NCBI GenBank assembly: GCA_007117455.1
Contig: SKGM01000023.1
Location: 1 to 51,067, forward strand
Direction: 5' to 3'
Length of the DNA: 51,067 nt
Source of the DNA: Candidatus Methanomethylophilaceae archaeon
Lineage (GTDB): Archaea > Thermoplasmatota > Thermoplasmata > Methanomassiliicoccales > Methanomethylophilaceae
In this document: in pieces, positions 36,665 to 45,406 of the stretch
Layout of the letters: the number at the start of each line of letters is the position of its first letter
Numbering within the stretch: position 1 is the stretch's first letter
Notes under the pieces: generated by a model
Databases searched by the model: none
Seen by the model: the letters and a program-made list of their open reading frames with translations, nothing else
What the model was told of the DNA's origin: nothing
Program-made: the position numbers and the translations under genes

Positions 36665-38680
36665 TTGTCACTGGGTCTAGGCATAGATACGGGAGGGACA
36701 TACACCGATGCGGCCCTCTTTGATTTCACATGTAACGAGGTGATAGCCAAGGCCAAGTCCCTGACCACCCGGGATGACCTCTCAATAGGGATCTCCAAAG
36801 CAATCCTCAACATGTCCAGCGACCGTCTCCCAGAGGTGGAACTGGTATCAGTGTCATCCACACTCGCAACCAACTCCATAGTCGAGGGGAAGGGTTGCAG
36901 GGTTGCCCTCCTGGTCATAGGGAGGGACTACGACCGTTCGATACCTGTGGATGTGGTTACCAAGATAGCTGGAGGTCACAACCTTGCAGGTAACGAGGCT
37001 GAGCCTCTGGACGCTGAATCGGCAGCCCGTTTCATACAGGATCATGCGGATAAGGTGGACGCCTTCGCGATCTCCTCATATCTGAGCGTTAGGAATCCTG
37101 AGCATGAGGACCGGGTCAAGGAGATGGTGAAGAAGATTTGCTCCAAGCCAGTGGTCTGCGGGCACGAGCTCTCATCCAGCCTAGGCTTCAATGAACGCAC
37201 ACTGACCTCAGTCATGAATGCCCGTCTGATACCCATAATCGCCGAACTGATGGATTCTGTCAAGAAAGTGATAGGCGACCTGGGGATAGATGCCCCGATG
37301 ATGATAGTGAAGGGTGACGGCTCCATGATGGGGGAGAAAGTGGCAATAACCAGACCGGTGGAGACCATATTGTCCGGACCAGCATCCAGTCTTACGGGAG
37401 CGAGGATGCTGACCGGCGAGGATGACGGAATCGTGATGGACATGGGCGGGACCACCACCGATATCGGTATCCTGCGTGGCGGACATCCTCGTCTTGATCC
37501 CGAAGGGGCTTTGATAGGAGGAAGGCGCACAAGGGTGCTGGCAGCCGACATATCCACCTCCGGTATAGGGGGGGACAGTCGCTTCGTTGTCAACGGCCGT
37601 AAGCTCATGATCACCTCTCTGAGGGTGATACCCCTATGCATCGGTGCAACCCAGATGCCTGACCTGATCGACAGGCTCAAACTGGCCGCCGATAGGGCAT
37701 CCAGATTCACTCCGGAGAGCTTCGATATCGACAACATTATCCAGGATGTGGAGTTCTTCGTGCTTCTCAAGGACAGGAGGGACCCCAACCTCTCCGACAA
37801 CGACCGTGCATTCCTCGAACTCCTCCATGAGGGTCCGCACTCCCTCTTGGAGGCCAACGAGAAACTGGGGATGCATCAGTTCTCATTCAATGTGAAGAGG
37901 ATGGAGGAGATGGGACTCATCACCCGTATGGGACTCACCCCCACGGACCTTCTGCATGCTGAGGGCTCCTATGTGGAGTATTCCGCGGAGGCCTCAAGGA
38001 TCGCGATAGAGCAACAGGCCAGACGTCTGGGGGTCGAACCTGGGGAGTTCATCGCCCTGGCGAAGAAGATGGTGATCGAGAAGCTGTCCATGGAACTGCT
38101 CCTCAAGTTGATGCAGGAGGAGACCGGCAAGGATGCCGAGGGAGTGGTGGCCTTGGACCTGTTACGGAAGTCGATAACCGGAACCGAGGGTAAGGACTTC
38201 GGTTGCCGTATCTCCTTGAACAAGCCGATCATCGGGATAGGGGCTCCTGTGGGAGCTTACTTCCCCACCATAGCGGAACGTTTCGACACCCGCCTCTTAC
38301 TGCCGGAGCATGCTGAGGTCGGCAACGCTGTTGGTGCCATAACCGGTAGCGTGGTGGAGAAGATGGATATCCTCATCAAGCCCAAGGCTGGTATGGGCAC
38401 CTCCGTGGACCCCCCTTGCACCCTTTTCTCCACCCTGGAGAAGCGGGAGTTCGATTCGGTCAGTGAGGCAGCTCGTTATGCGGTGGAGACCGGTAGCCGT
38501 CACGTGGACAATCTGGCCCGGGTGGCCGGCGCCGACTCCGTGGAGATAAAGGTGGAGAACCATGACAGCAAGTTCGGGTTCGGCCAGGATTATGACGGAG
38601 AGGTCCTTCTGGAGAAGCATATCCTGATCACCGCGGTCGGTAAGCCTCGGCAATTCTATGCTGGGGGAAGTTGCCGATGA
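36665..38680 (+). CDS. Hydantoinase A/oxoprolinase-family ASKHA ATPase
   Basis: GIDTGGTYTD, STLATN, SGPASS, DMGGTTTD, GGDS, VGNAVGA; TTG start after GGAGGTGA. Confidence 0.87.
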   Translation: MSLGLGIDTGGTYTDAALFDFTCNEVIAKAKSLTTRDDLSIGISKAILNMSSDRLPEVELVSVSSTLATNSIVEGKGCRVALLVIGRDYDRSIPVDVVTKIAGGHNLAGNEAEPLDAESAARFIQDHADKVDAFAISSYLSVRNPEHEDRVKEMVKKICSKPVVCGHELSSSLGFNERTLTSVMNARLIPIIAELMDSVKKVIGDLGIDAPMMIVKGDGSMMGEKVAITRPVETILSGPASSLTGARMLTGEDDGIVMDMGGTTTDIGILRGGHPRLDPEGALIGGRRTRVLAADISTSGIGGDSRFVVNGRKLMITSLRVIPLCIGATQMPDLIDRLKLAADRASRFTPESFDIDNIIQDVEFFVLLKDRRDPNLSDNDRAFLELLHEGPHSLLEANEKLGMHQFSFNVKRMEEMGLITRMGLTPTDLLHAEGSYVEYSAEASRIAIEQQARRLGVEPGEFIALAKKMVIEKLSMELLLKLMQEETGKDAEGVVALDLLRKSITGTEGKDFGCRISLNKPIIGIGAPVGAYFPTIAERFDTRLLLPEHAEVGNAVGAITGSVVEKMDILIKPKAGMGTSVDPPCTLFSTLEKREFDSVSEAARYAVETGSRHVDNLARVAGADSVEIKVENHDSKFGFGQDYDGEVLLEKHILITAVGKPRQFYAGGSCR

Positions 38681-39300
38681 GGATCGCGGTCATCGCCTGT
38701 GACATATTCAAAGAAGAAGTAGAGGCACTGGTGGAGGGGGATGAGGATGTCGTCCACCTCGAGTTCCTCGAGTTCGGGCTGCACATCGAACCAGAGAGGC
38801 TAAGGGATGCGGTTGTGGAGAAGGCCAATGCCGTGGCTGACAAGGTCGACGCCATCATGCTCGGGTACTGTTACTGCCAGAGCCTCATGGGAGTCCTGAA
38901 GGACATAAAGGCCCCGGCGGAGATGGTCCACACCGACGACTGCATCGGAGTCTTCCTCACCCCTTCAGGGTATGCGGATGAGAGGCGGAAATGTGCAGGC
39001 ACCTGGTACAATTCTCCGGGATGGACCAACCTGGGCATCGAAGGTTCGATAAAGGAGTTGCGACTGGACACCGTTGCGGACGAGATAGACCCATTGGACC
39101 TGTTGCGCATGATGTTCCAGAGTTACTCAAGATGCTTGTTCATCGACACGGGAGTGGGGGACCTGGATAACCTGAAGGTCAAGTCGCAGGAGTTCGCAGA
39201 CATCATGGGACTCGAACACGAGGAGACGGTGGGCGGTTACGGGCTCCTTGCCGATGCGTTGCAAAGGACCAAGGACCTGGTGAAGAGCAGGGACTCCTAG
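38677..39300 (+). CDS. DUF1638 family protein
   Basis: IAC..F, GLH..P..L, GYC.C, DDCIG, W, Y...LFIDTG. Confidence 0.8.
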   Translation: MRIAVIACDIFKEEVEALVEGDEDVVHLEFLEFGLHIEPERLRDAVVEKANAVADKVDAIMLGYCYCQSLMGVLKDIKAPAEMVHTDDCIGVFLTPSGYADERRKCAGTWYNSPGWTNLGIEGSIKELRLDTVADEIDPLDLLRMMFQSYSRCLFIDTGVGDLDNLKVKSQEFADIMGLEHEETVGGYGLLADALQRTKDLVKSRDS

Positions 39301-41219
39301 GATCTGAGCCTATAGTGGGTATTGGGCACCATCAGCTCATAGCGGGTGCCCTCGCCGTGTTTACCGTTCTCGATGATGTTTATCCTGGTCACGTCCAATA
39401 TCTCTTTGACAAGGTACATGCCATCCGCCCCCAGGGAGGATGCCACGTCAAAGATGCTTTCCTTGATGTTGTCTGGCACCCCTTTACCATCATCCTCGTA
39501 CACCACCCGCATCCTTCCATCGGTTATGTTGAAACCGACCTTGATACTCTCTACGTTGTCATCATTCATGCTGAGAGCAATGATTTTCTCGAATGCTTTC
39601 GGCAGCTCGGGGTCAGCGAGTATCTCCAGGTTTCCTGTGTTGACCTCTAACATCTCCTCAGGGAGGGATAGGGTCAGGGAGGCCTGTTTGACAACATCGG
39701 AGATGCTCTGCCATTCCGGGTTCATGATTCCGACGTTCCGGAAATCCCGGGCGAATCGCATCCTCTCCTGGATACGGTTGGATGAGTCTATGATGCGGTC
39801 AAGATGATCCAGTAGTGCGGGCTCTTCCGCCATGGCTTTGAGGAAATTGACGTATCCCTTGATTATCTGAACCTGATTGGAGACCTCGAGGAACGTCATG
39901 CGCTCGACCACGTTCAGATGGAACGATGCCCTCTCGAGTTTCTCGAGTGAGCTCTCTATGTCGCTCATGTCCTCCAAGGTTATTATCGCCCCTTTGACCT
40001 CGTCCTTGCCGTTGATACGCGGTTGTATGGACACCTGGAGCGATACTGTCAGGTCGGTGGATTTGAAGCGTAGCTTATGGTGGGCGGCGACGCGGCTCCT
40101 GATTGACTCCATCACCGCCGAATACAGCTGGACGGTGAAGTCGCTCTTGTACTCAATGAGTCCTTTACCCACATGACCATCGTCAGATAGATGGTCCAGG
40201 AGTTTACGGGCCTTCAGGTTGCATTCCACTATCGCCCCTTGGCAGTCCACCACCATGATACCGACCGGTGCGAACTGGAGCATCTCCTCATATCTTCTCT
40301 CGGTCTCATACCTGGCCTCTCCGGACATCCTGCCCATGTATATCGAGGCCATGCCATCCATGAGGAGATTGAACTGGTTCAGGTCGGTGTTGTCATAATG
40401 ATCGGCCTTGTTGGCCACTCCGGCGGTACCGATGACCTTTCCTTCGTGCATAAGCGGGATCATCAGCAACCTCTTGAGACCGACGTGACCCTTGGGTATC
40501 CCTTTGATCAGGGGGTTGGGGGAGGCGTAGTCGTTTACGATTATGGCCCTCTTCTGGCGAACAGGTTCACCCCATATCCCGACCTTGTCCATCGGGTATT
40601 CGATGGGCTTCTCCTCGATACGGCACTCCCTCATGCCGGCCTGGGACCAGGAGTACATGGTCAACATATCCCTCTTCTCATCATAAAGAGCGAAATAGCC
40701 CATGCCGCTACGGGTCAGCTTCACGCTCTCTTCCAACACGAAATGCGCAACTTCCGAGAATCCGTAACGATGCATCTTGGCCAATCTTACCAGTGCCTTC
40801 AGACGGCGTTCGTTCAATGACCGCTCCTCATCTATACGGCGCTTCTCCACGGCAAGGACTATCTTGTCGGCCAGATCCGTGAAGAGTTCCCGCGGCGGGC
40901 GTTCCTTTATCATGTAGAAGTCCACGCCGAGGTTCATCGCCTCAACAGCGACCTCCTCGGAACCATTTCCCACCAGAGGTATGAAGGGGAAGTTGGTGCT
41001 CCTTCTAAGAAGACTACGGAACAGCGCCAGTCCATCAACGCCCGATGGAGGATTGTGGTCTGAGACGATGATGTCAGGGTTGAACCTCTCTATCATCTTG
41101 TCGACCTCCTCCGGGTCGAGACAGGGTACTACCCTGATGTCCCGATTGATCCTCGTTAGGAACGTCACGGCCATGTCCGAGAACGTCTGATCCTTCTCGA
41201 CTAGAAGCACCCTATACAT
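39297..41219 (-). CDS. REC-GAF-PAS-histidine-kinase-like protein, kinase motifs degenerate
   Basis: REC LLVEKD/IVSDH/YMIK; GAF G.WGEPVRQ; PAS; HATPase DDGKG; H-box His and N-box Asn absent. Confidence 0.85.
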   Translation of the reverse strand: MYRVLLVEKDQTFSDMAVTFLTRINRDIRVVPCLDPEEVDKMIERFNPDIIVSDHNPPSGVDGLALFRSLLRRSTNFPFIPLVGNGSEEVAVEAMNLGVDFYMIKERPPRELFTDLADKIVLAVEKRRIDEERSLNERRLKALVRLAKMHRYGFSEVAHFVLEESVKLTRSGMGYFALYDEKRDMLTMYSWSQAGMRECRIEEKPIEYPMDKVGIWGEPVRQKRAIIVNDYASPNPLIKGIPKGHVGLKRLLMIPLMHEGKVIGTAGVANKADHYDNTDLNQFNLLMDGMASIYMGRMSGEARYETERRYEEMLQFAPVGIMVVDCQGAIVECNLKARKLLDHLSDDGHVGKGLIEYKSDFTVQLYSAVMESIRSRVAAHHKLRFKSTDLTVSLQVSIQPRINGKDEVKGAIITLEDMSDIESSLEKLERASFHLNVVERMTFLEVSNQVQIIKGYVNFLKAMAEEPALLDHLDRIIDSSNRIQERMRFARDFRNVGIMNPEWQSISDVVKQASLTLSLPEEMLEVNTGNLEILADPELPKAFEKIIALSMNDDNVESIKVGFNITDGRMRVVYEDDGKGVPDNIKESIFDVASSLGADGMYLVKEILDVTRINIIENGKHGEGTRYELMVPNTHYRLRS

Positions 41220-41273
41220 CTGGACATGATATCGTTCAGTGAGTATAAAGTCATACTGGGAAGAGGACTGGCC

Positions 41274-43184
41274 TTAAGTCTGCCTGTGTATTCCCGGGGG
41301 GAATGATAACTTGAAACAAACCCCTTCGCCCTCTATGCCGGTCTCCTCGATGCGGACATCCGTCATCGAGAGTATCTCCCGAACCAGGAACATCCCAAGT
41401 CCGGTGTTCCTCCCCACCCCCTTTTGGAATATGTTCTGCTTCTGATGCAGGGGGACCCCTTTTCCATCATCCCGGTATATTATGGTCAATGAACCGTCCT
41501 CCTCAAGCTCACCGCCGATCCAAACCTGACTCACATCGCCTCCATGCCGCAGGGTGTTCTCGAAGAGATTGTAGAATACCTTGTTGAGGGCCGAGTCTGC
41601 CAGTACCTCTAAACCATCCAGGTCCACCTGGAGGTCTATGCCATGACTGTCAGATATTCCCGCGCGGACCTCATTGTGCAGGTTCAACCATAACGGCCGG
41701 TGTACCCCAAGGGACTGATAGGTTCGGGAGAAGTTCATCTGATCGGATATGATATCGAGTATGTGCTCCATACGGGACAAAAGTCTCTCTGACATCCCCG
41801 GATCTTGGACCTCCTTCATGATGCCAATATAACCATAGAGTGCCTGGAGCTGGTTCATCACGTCATGGCGGGTTATCTGATCCACGGTCTTTAGCTGATG
41901 GGCGGTCCTCTCCAGGGTCTTGTTGGCTTCGTACTCTGAACTTATATCATCCATGACGAGGATGGCTCCATTGAATCTGTTAGATTTATCCAGCAACGGA
42001 GAGGCGGTGCTGCGGATGTGGATATGTTCATCCCCTCGCATATGATGGAGTATCCTTTTGGACCCTGCAGGAAGCTCTCGGCATTCCTTGTACAGCTCCA
42101 TTATACCATTCGTGAGTTCATCGTCACAGACAAGGGCCGCGTTCCTTTGAATCCCGTTCCCCACCATGTTCATGAACAGGTCATTGGCGTCGACCAGTAC
42201 ACCTTCAGCATCCAGTAGGGCGACGGCCACGGGTATTTTCCTCATTATGGCCTCATACCTCTTCTCCGCCTCATGGAGCACCACATCACGGTTCGCCACA
42301 TCATAGAGGTCGCCCATGGAGTTCATGAGTAGTTGTAGATGGCGCAGGTCCCTCTCAGTGTAATCCTCATCTTTGTTGGCCACACCGCATGTGGCAACGA
42401 TCTTGCCTCTGTTGAATATGGGAATGGCCATCACTCGGTGGAGAGGTACGTGCCCTTCTGGAACCCCTTTTCTATACTGGCCATCTTTGGCATAATCGTT
42501 CACCATTATCGGCCTTCCTTGTCTGACAGGTTCGCCCCAGAGCCCAGTCTCATCCAGATTGTATAGTATAGGACGGTTCGAGGTACGACACTCCTTCATG
42601 CCCCCTTGTGACCAAGCGAACATGTTCAATGTCCTACCTTCAAGGTCAACCGTTGCGATGTAGCCAATTGTACTGGAGCTTATCTCCACCATCCTCTCCA
42701 ATACGAAGTGGGCCATCTCATGGAAGGGGGACTGACGCTTATCAGCAATCTGGACCATGGTCTGGAGCCGATAATCCGCCATCCTGGCCTCCCGGCGATC
42801 CCTCACCATTCTCGCAAGGCGCTCGATCTGACTTCCCAACAATAGGTGCAACTTTTCATGGTCAAGGTCCCTATTTGCATGACAATCGACACCCTGGCAG
42901 AGGGCCTCGGTCGAGAGGGTTCCATCATCGGATGGGGTCAGTATGATGACTGGAAAATCAGGATCCTGCTCCCGTACCTTTTTTATGACCTCTAGGGCAT
43001 CGGAAGCAGGAGGGTCGTGGTCAATCAGAAGGATGTCGGCTTTTGCTTTCATAAGGTCGGCCAAGGTACCAACATGGTCTATCAGCAGGGTCCCTATGTC
43101 GTTGTAAGATGAAGCCAAGGCTGTTTCCAGTCTCGAGAGCAGAACAGGATCGTTCCCTGCCAGGGCAACTCTGACCTTCCCCAT
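41274..43184 (-). CDS. REC-GAF-PAS hybrid sensor histidine kinase
   Basis: H-box TRHDVMNQL, N-box NLFENTLRHG, DDGKG, GLG.F; GAF paralogous to the neighbour. Confidence 0.9.
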   Translation of the reverse strand: MGKVRVALAGNDPVLLSRLETALASSYNDIGTLLIDHVGTLADLMKAKADILLIDHDPPASDALEVIKKVREQDPDFPVIILTPSDDGTLSTEALCQGVDCHANRDLDHEKLHLLLGSQIERLARMVRDRREARMADYRLQTMVQIADKRQSPFHEMAHFVLERMVEISSSTIGYIATVDLEGRTLNMFAWSQGGMKECRTSNRPILYNLDETGLWGEPVRQGRPIMVNDYAKDGQYRKGVPEGHVPLHRVMAIPIFNRGKIVATCGVANKDEDYTERDLRHLQLLMNSMGDLYDVANRDVVLHEAEKRYEAIMRKIPVAVALLDAEGVLVDANDLFMNMVGNGIQRNAALVCDDELTNGIMELYKECRELPAGSKRILHHMRGDEHIHIRSTASPLLDKSNRFNGAILVMDDISSEYEANKTLERTAHQLKTVDQITRHDVMNQLQALYGYIGIMKEVQDPGMSERLLSRMEHILDIISDQMNFSRTYQSLGVHRPLWLNLHNEVRAGISDSHGIDLQVDLDGLEVLADSALNKVFYNLFENTLRHGGDVSQVWIGGELEEDGSLTIIYRDDGKGVPLHQKQNIFQKGVGRNTGLGMFLVREILSMTDVRIEETGIEGEGVCFKLSFPPGIHRQT

Positions 43185-43233
43185 GACTGGAATGAATCAC
43201 AGAATGTGCTATAAAACGATTGGGTTTTATCCC

Positions 43234-44208
43234 TCAGCCCCTTTGAAGGTCCGTGGAGAATGTCCACATGCGTGGATATGTGCCCCTTTCCATGAAGACC
43301 CTCTCGGTTCTGACGGCGATGCCCCGCTTGGCCTCCTTGAGCCTCTCACCGGATATCGCGGCCTTGCCCACGGCGACCAGTTCCCCCCGGGAGGTGAGCA
43401 TTGCTACGTTCCCGCCCTTACGGATGCTCTCATCGTATTGAGCCAAGCCGGGAACAGCAAGGTCGGCGCCATGGCAGACGGCGTCCACGGAGGCGGTCTT
43501 CAGCACCACGCGGGGCAGATGGGATATCAGGTCCTCGACCGGCCTGACGATATCGTAGAGGGGTTCGGGACGCCCTCTCTCCTGCCAGAGCTCATAGGCA
43601 TCCTTCAACTGCTGGAGGGTCACAGCCTCCATCTCGGACATGGATCCGGACCGGGTCCTTCTGAGCTCCAGCATGTTCGCCCCCACCCCCAGCGCTTCAC
43701 CTATGTCGATGCAGAGTGTCCGTATATAGGTGCCCGCATCACAGGATACGCGGAATAGGACGTCCCTACCATCGATGTCCAGGAGATCAAGGGAGTGTAT
43801 GGTGCGTATTCGTAACTGACGTTTGACAGCTGAACGGAGGGGAGGGAACTGATAGATCCTTCCCACGAATTCAGAAAGCATCCTCCGCACCTCATCCTCC
43901 GACCGGTCCCGGTGAAGACGCATGAGGCAGACGTACTCCTTGTCAGCACTGAGCATCAGGTCGGTGAGCCGGACCGCCTTCCCCACGAATATCGGGAGTA
44001 CGCCGCTGACGTTGGGGTCCAAGGTCCCGCCGTGCGCGATGCGCTCGATCTTCATCACATCGCGCGCCCAGGAGGCCACCTGATGGGATGTCGGACCGCA
44101 GGGTTTGTCTAGGACTATGGCACCGTTGCGCAACAGTTCGCCCAATGTCCTGTCGGAGGGCCTCTTGCCATATCTATTGGGAACTGGGTCATCTGATTTC
44201 TGAATCAT
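43234..44208 (-). CDS. truB: RNA-guided pseudouridine synthase Cbf5/TruB
   Basis: DKP.GPTSHQ, HGGTLDP, YQ.PP..SAVKR, GTYIR, C-terminal PUA domain. Confidence 0.95.
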   Translation of the reverse strand: MIQKSDDPVPNRYGKRPSDRTLGELLRNGAIVLDKPCGPTSHQVASWARDVMKIERIAHGGTLDPNVSGVLPIFVGKAVRLTDLMLSADKEYVCLMRLHRDRSEDEVRRMLSEFVGRIYQFPPLRSAVKRQLRIRTIHSLDLLDIDGRDVLFRVSCDAGTYIRTLCIDIGEALGVGANMLELRRTRSGSMSEMEAVTLQQLKDAYELWQERGRPEPLYDIVRPVEDLISHLPRVVLKTASVDAVCHGADLAVPGLAQYDESIRKGGNVAMLTSRGELVAVGKAAISGERLKEAKRGIAVRTERVFMERGTYPRMWTFSTDLQRG

Positions 44209-44738
44209 GGCTGGACCCCTATCCTATCGACGATCTCATCAACGATTTGATCCGGCGTCTTATCAGCGGTGTCCACGACCATGTCGTAAACGCTAAGGTC
44301 ATAGAGGTCGATGCCATAGTACTGCAGATATCTCTTAGCCTCGGAAGCCTGACGTCGTACGATCGCCTCGGCCGCCTGTTGCAGGTCCTCATCCTCGCGA
44401 CGTCCCACCCTGGCCGCCCGAACCAATGGGTCGGCATCGAGATATACCTTGAATGCAGGGATCCCATGGCGTACCAGCATCTGCGCTGAGAGCCGTGATT
44501 CGAGTATTATGGAATCGGTGTCGCGGGCGATGTCCAGGATCCGCCTGTCGATGGTCTCGTCGATGGAGGGGTCCTGCTCAGCCAGGGAGCCGAAGTCCGC
44601 CAAGGTCATACCTTTCTCCTCGGCCATCTCACGGAATAGACGTCCGAAGACCACCGCGGGCAGGTCCAGTCGTTCAGCGAGAAGACCGCAAACGGTTGTC
44701 TTTCCTGAGCCCGGGGGCCCGCTTATGGTTATCCTCAT
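44205..44738 (-). CDS. cmk: Cytidylate kinase
   Basis: ITISGPPGSGKTT, FRE.A, ESRL, RY..YYGID. Confidence 0.92.
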   Translation of the reverse strand: MRITISGPPGSGKTTVCGLLAERLDLPAVVFGRLFREMAEEKGMTLADFGSLAEQDPSIDETIDRRILDIARDTDSIILESRLSAQMLVRHGIPAFKVYLDADPLVRAARVGRREDEDLQQAAEAIVRRQASEAKRYLQYYGIDLYDLSVYDMVVDTADKTPDQIVDEIVDRIGVQP

Positions 44739-45406
44739 AATGCTTCGTTCCCCGCCGTCTCCGAATAATCCCTCAACTTCCTCTTGAACTGGAAGAAGCG
44801 TATGGTTCGGGTCAGGAGATGGCCGAAAGGTATGCTCACAAGGGTGTACACCAATATCCAGTTGGGGAGGACGTTGGTGTTGTTCAGGTCCACCATGGGT
44901 TGCCAGGGGACGGCTATGTATGAATCGGGCAGATTGAGTACGAAGACCGAGACCCAGGCGAATATCGGTATGATGAAGAGAAGCGTCAGCGGCAGAAGTT
45001 TCAGCTGCTGTGTGCTCATCTCCATCGATTTGGACATGATCTCCTGCTGGTGCTCGGTGAGCTTCTTGATCTTGTACAGGTTGTTGTCCAAACGGGCCTG
45101 TCTAAGTTCCTGGTTGAAAGCGCTCATAACCTTCTGGGACCGGGCCATGGCCACATAGTCGGTGAAGAACGAGCGGACGATTATGCTGAATGAGACCATC
45201 GTCAGACCGGCGAAGAGAAGGGTGAGCAAGGGGTACTGGTAATCGAACCCTATCAAGGGCTCGAAAGCCAGACCGACAAGGTTCCCAGTCATTGTCCTCA
45301 GGTTCTGGTCGAACATGATGAACATCGCCAGCACGAATATCATCAGGGTGGTTATCTTGGGCGAGGCCATCGGCTGTTGTGGTCCGGCACCTTGTGTCAT
45401 ATTCAA
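44735..45406 (-). CDS. DUF106 / EMC3-TMCO1 (Oxa1 superfamily) membrane insertase
   Basis: TM, coiled coil, TM, W...Y TM; conserved position after secY. Confidence 0.85.
   Translation of the reverse strand: MNMTQGAGPQQPMASPKITTLMIFVLAMFIMFDQNLRTMTGNLVGLAFEPLIGFDYQYPLLTLLFAGLTMVSFSIIVRSFFTDYVAMARSQKVMSAFNQELRQARLDNNLYKIKKLTEHQQEIMSKSMEMSTQQLKLLPLTLLFIIPIFAWVSVFVLNLPDSYIAVPWQPMVDLNNTNVLPNWILVYTLVSIPFGHLLTRTIRFFQFKRKLRDYSETAGNEAL

Noticed and set aside
33408..39300. Pyrrolysine-containing methylamine methyltransferase hidden by an in-frame TAG
   Set aside because: The operon is fully tiled by complete ORFs, with no MtmB/MtbB/MttB-like fragments.
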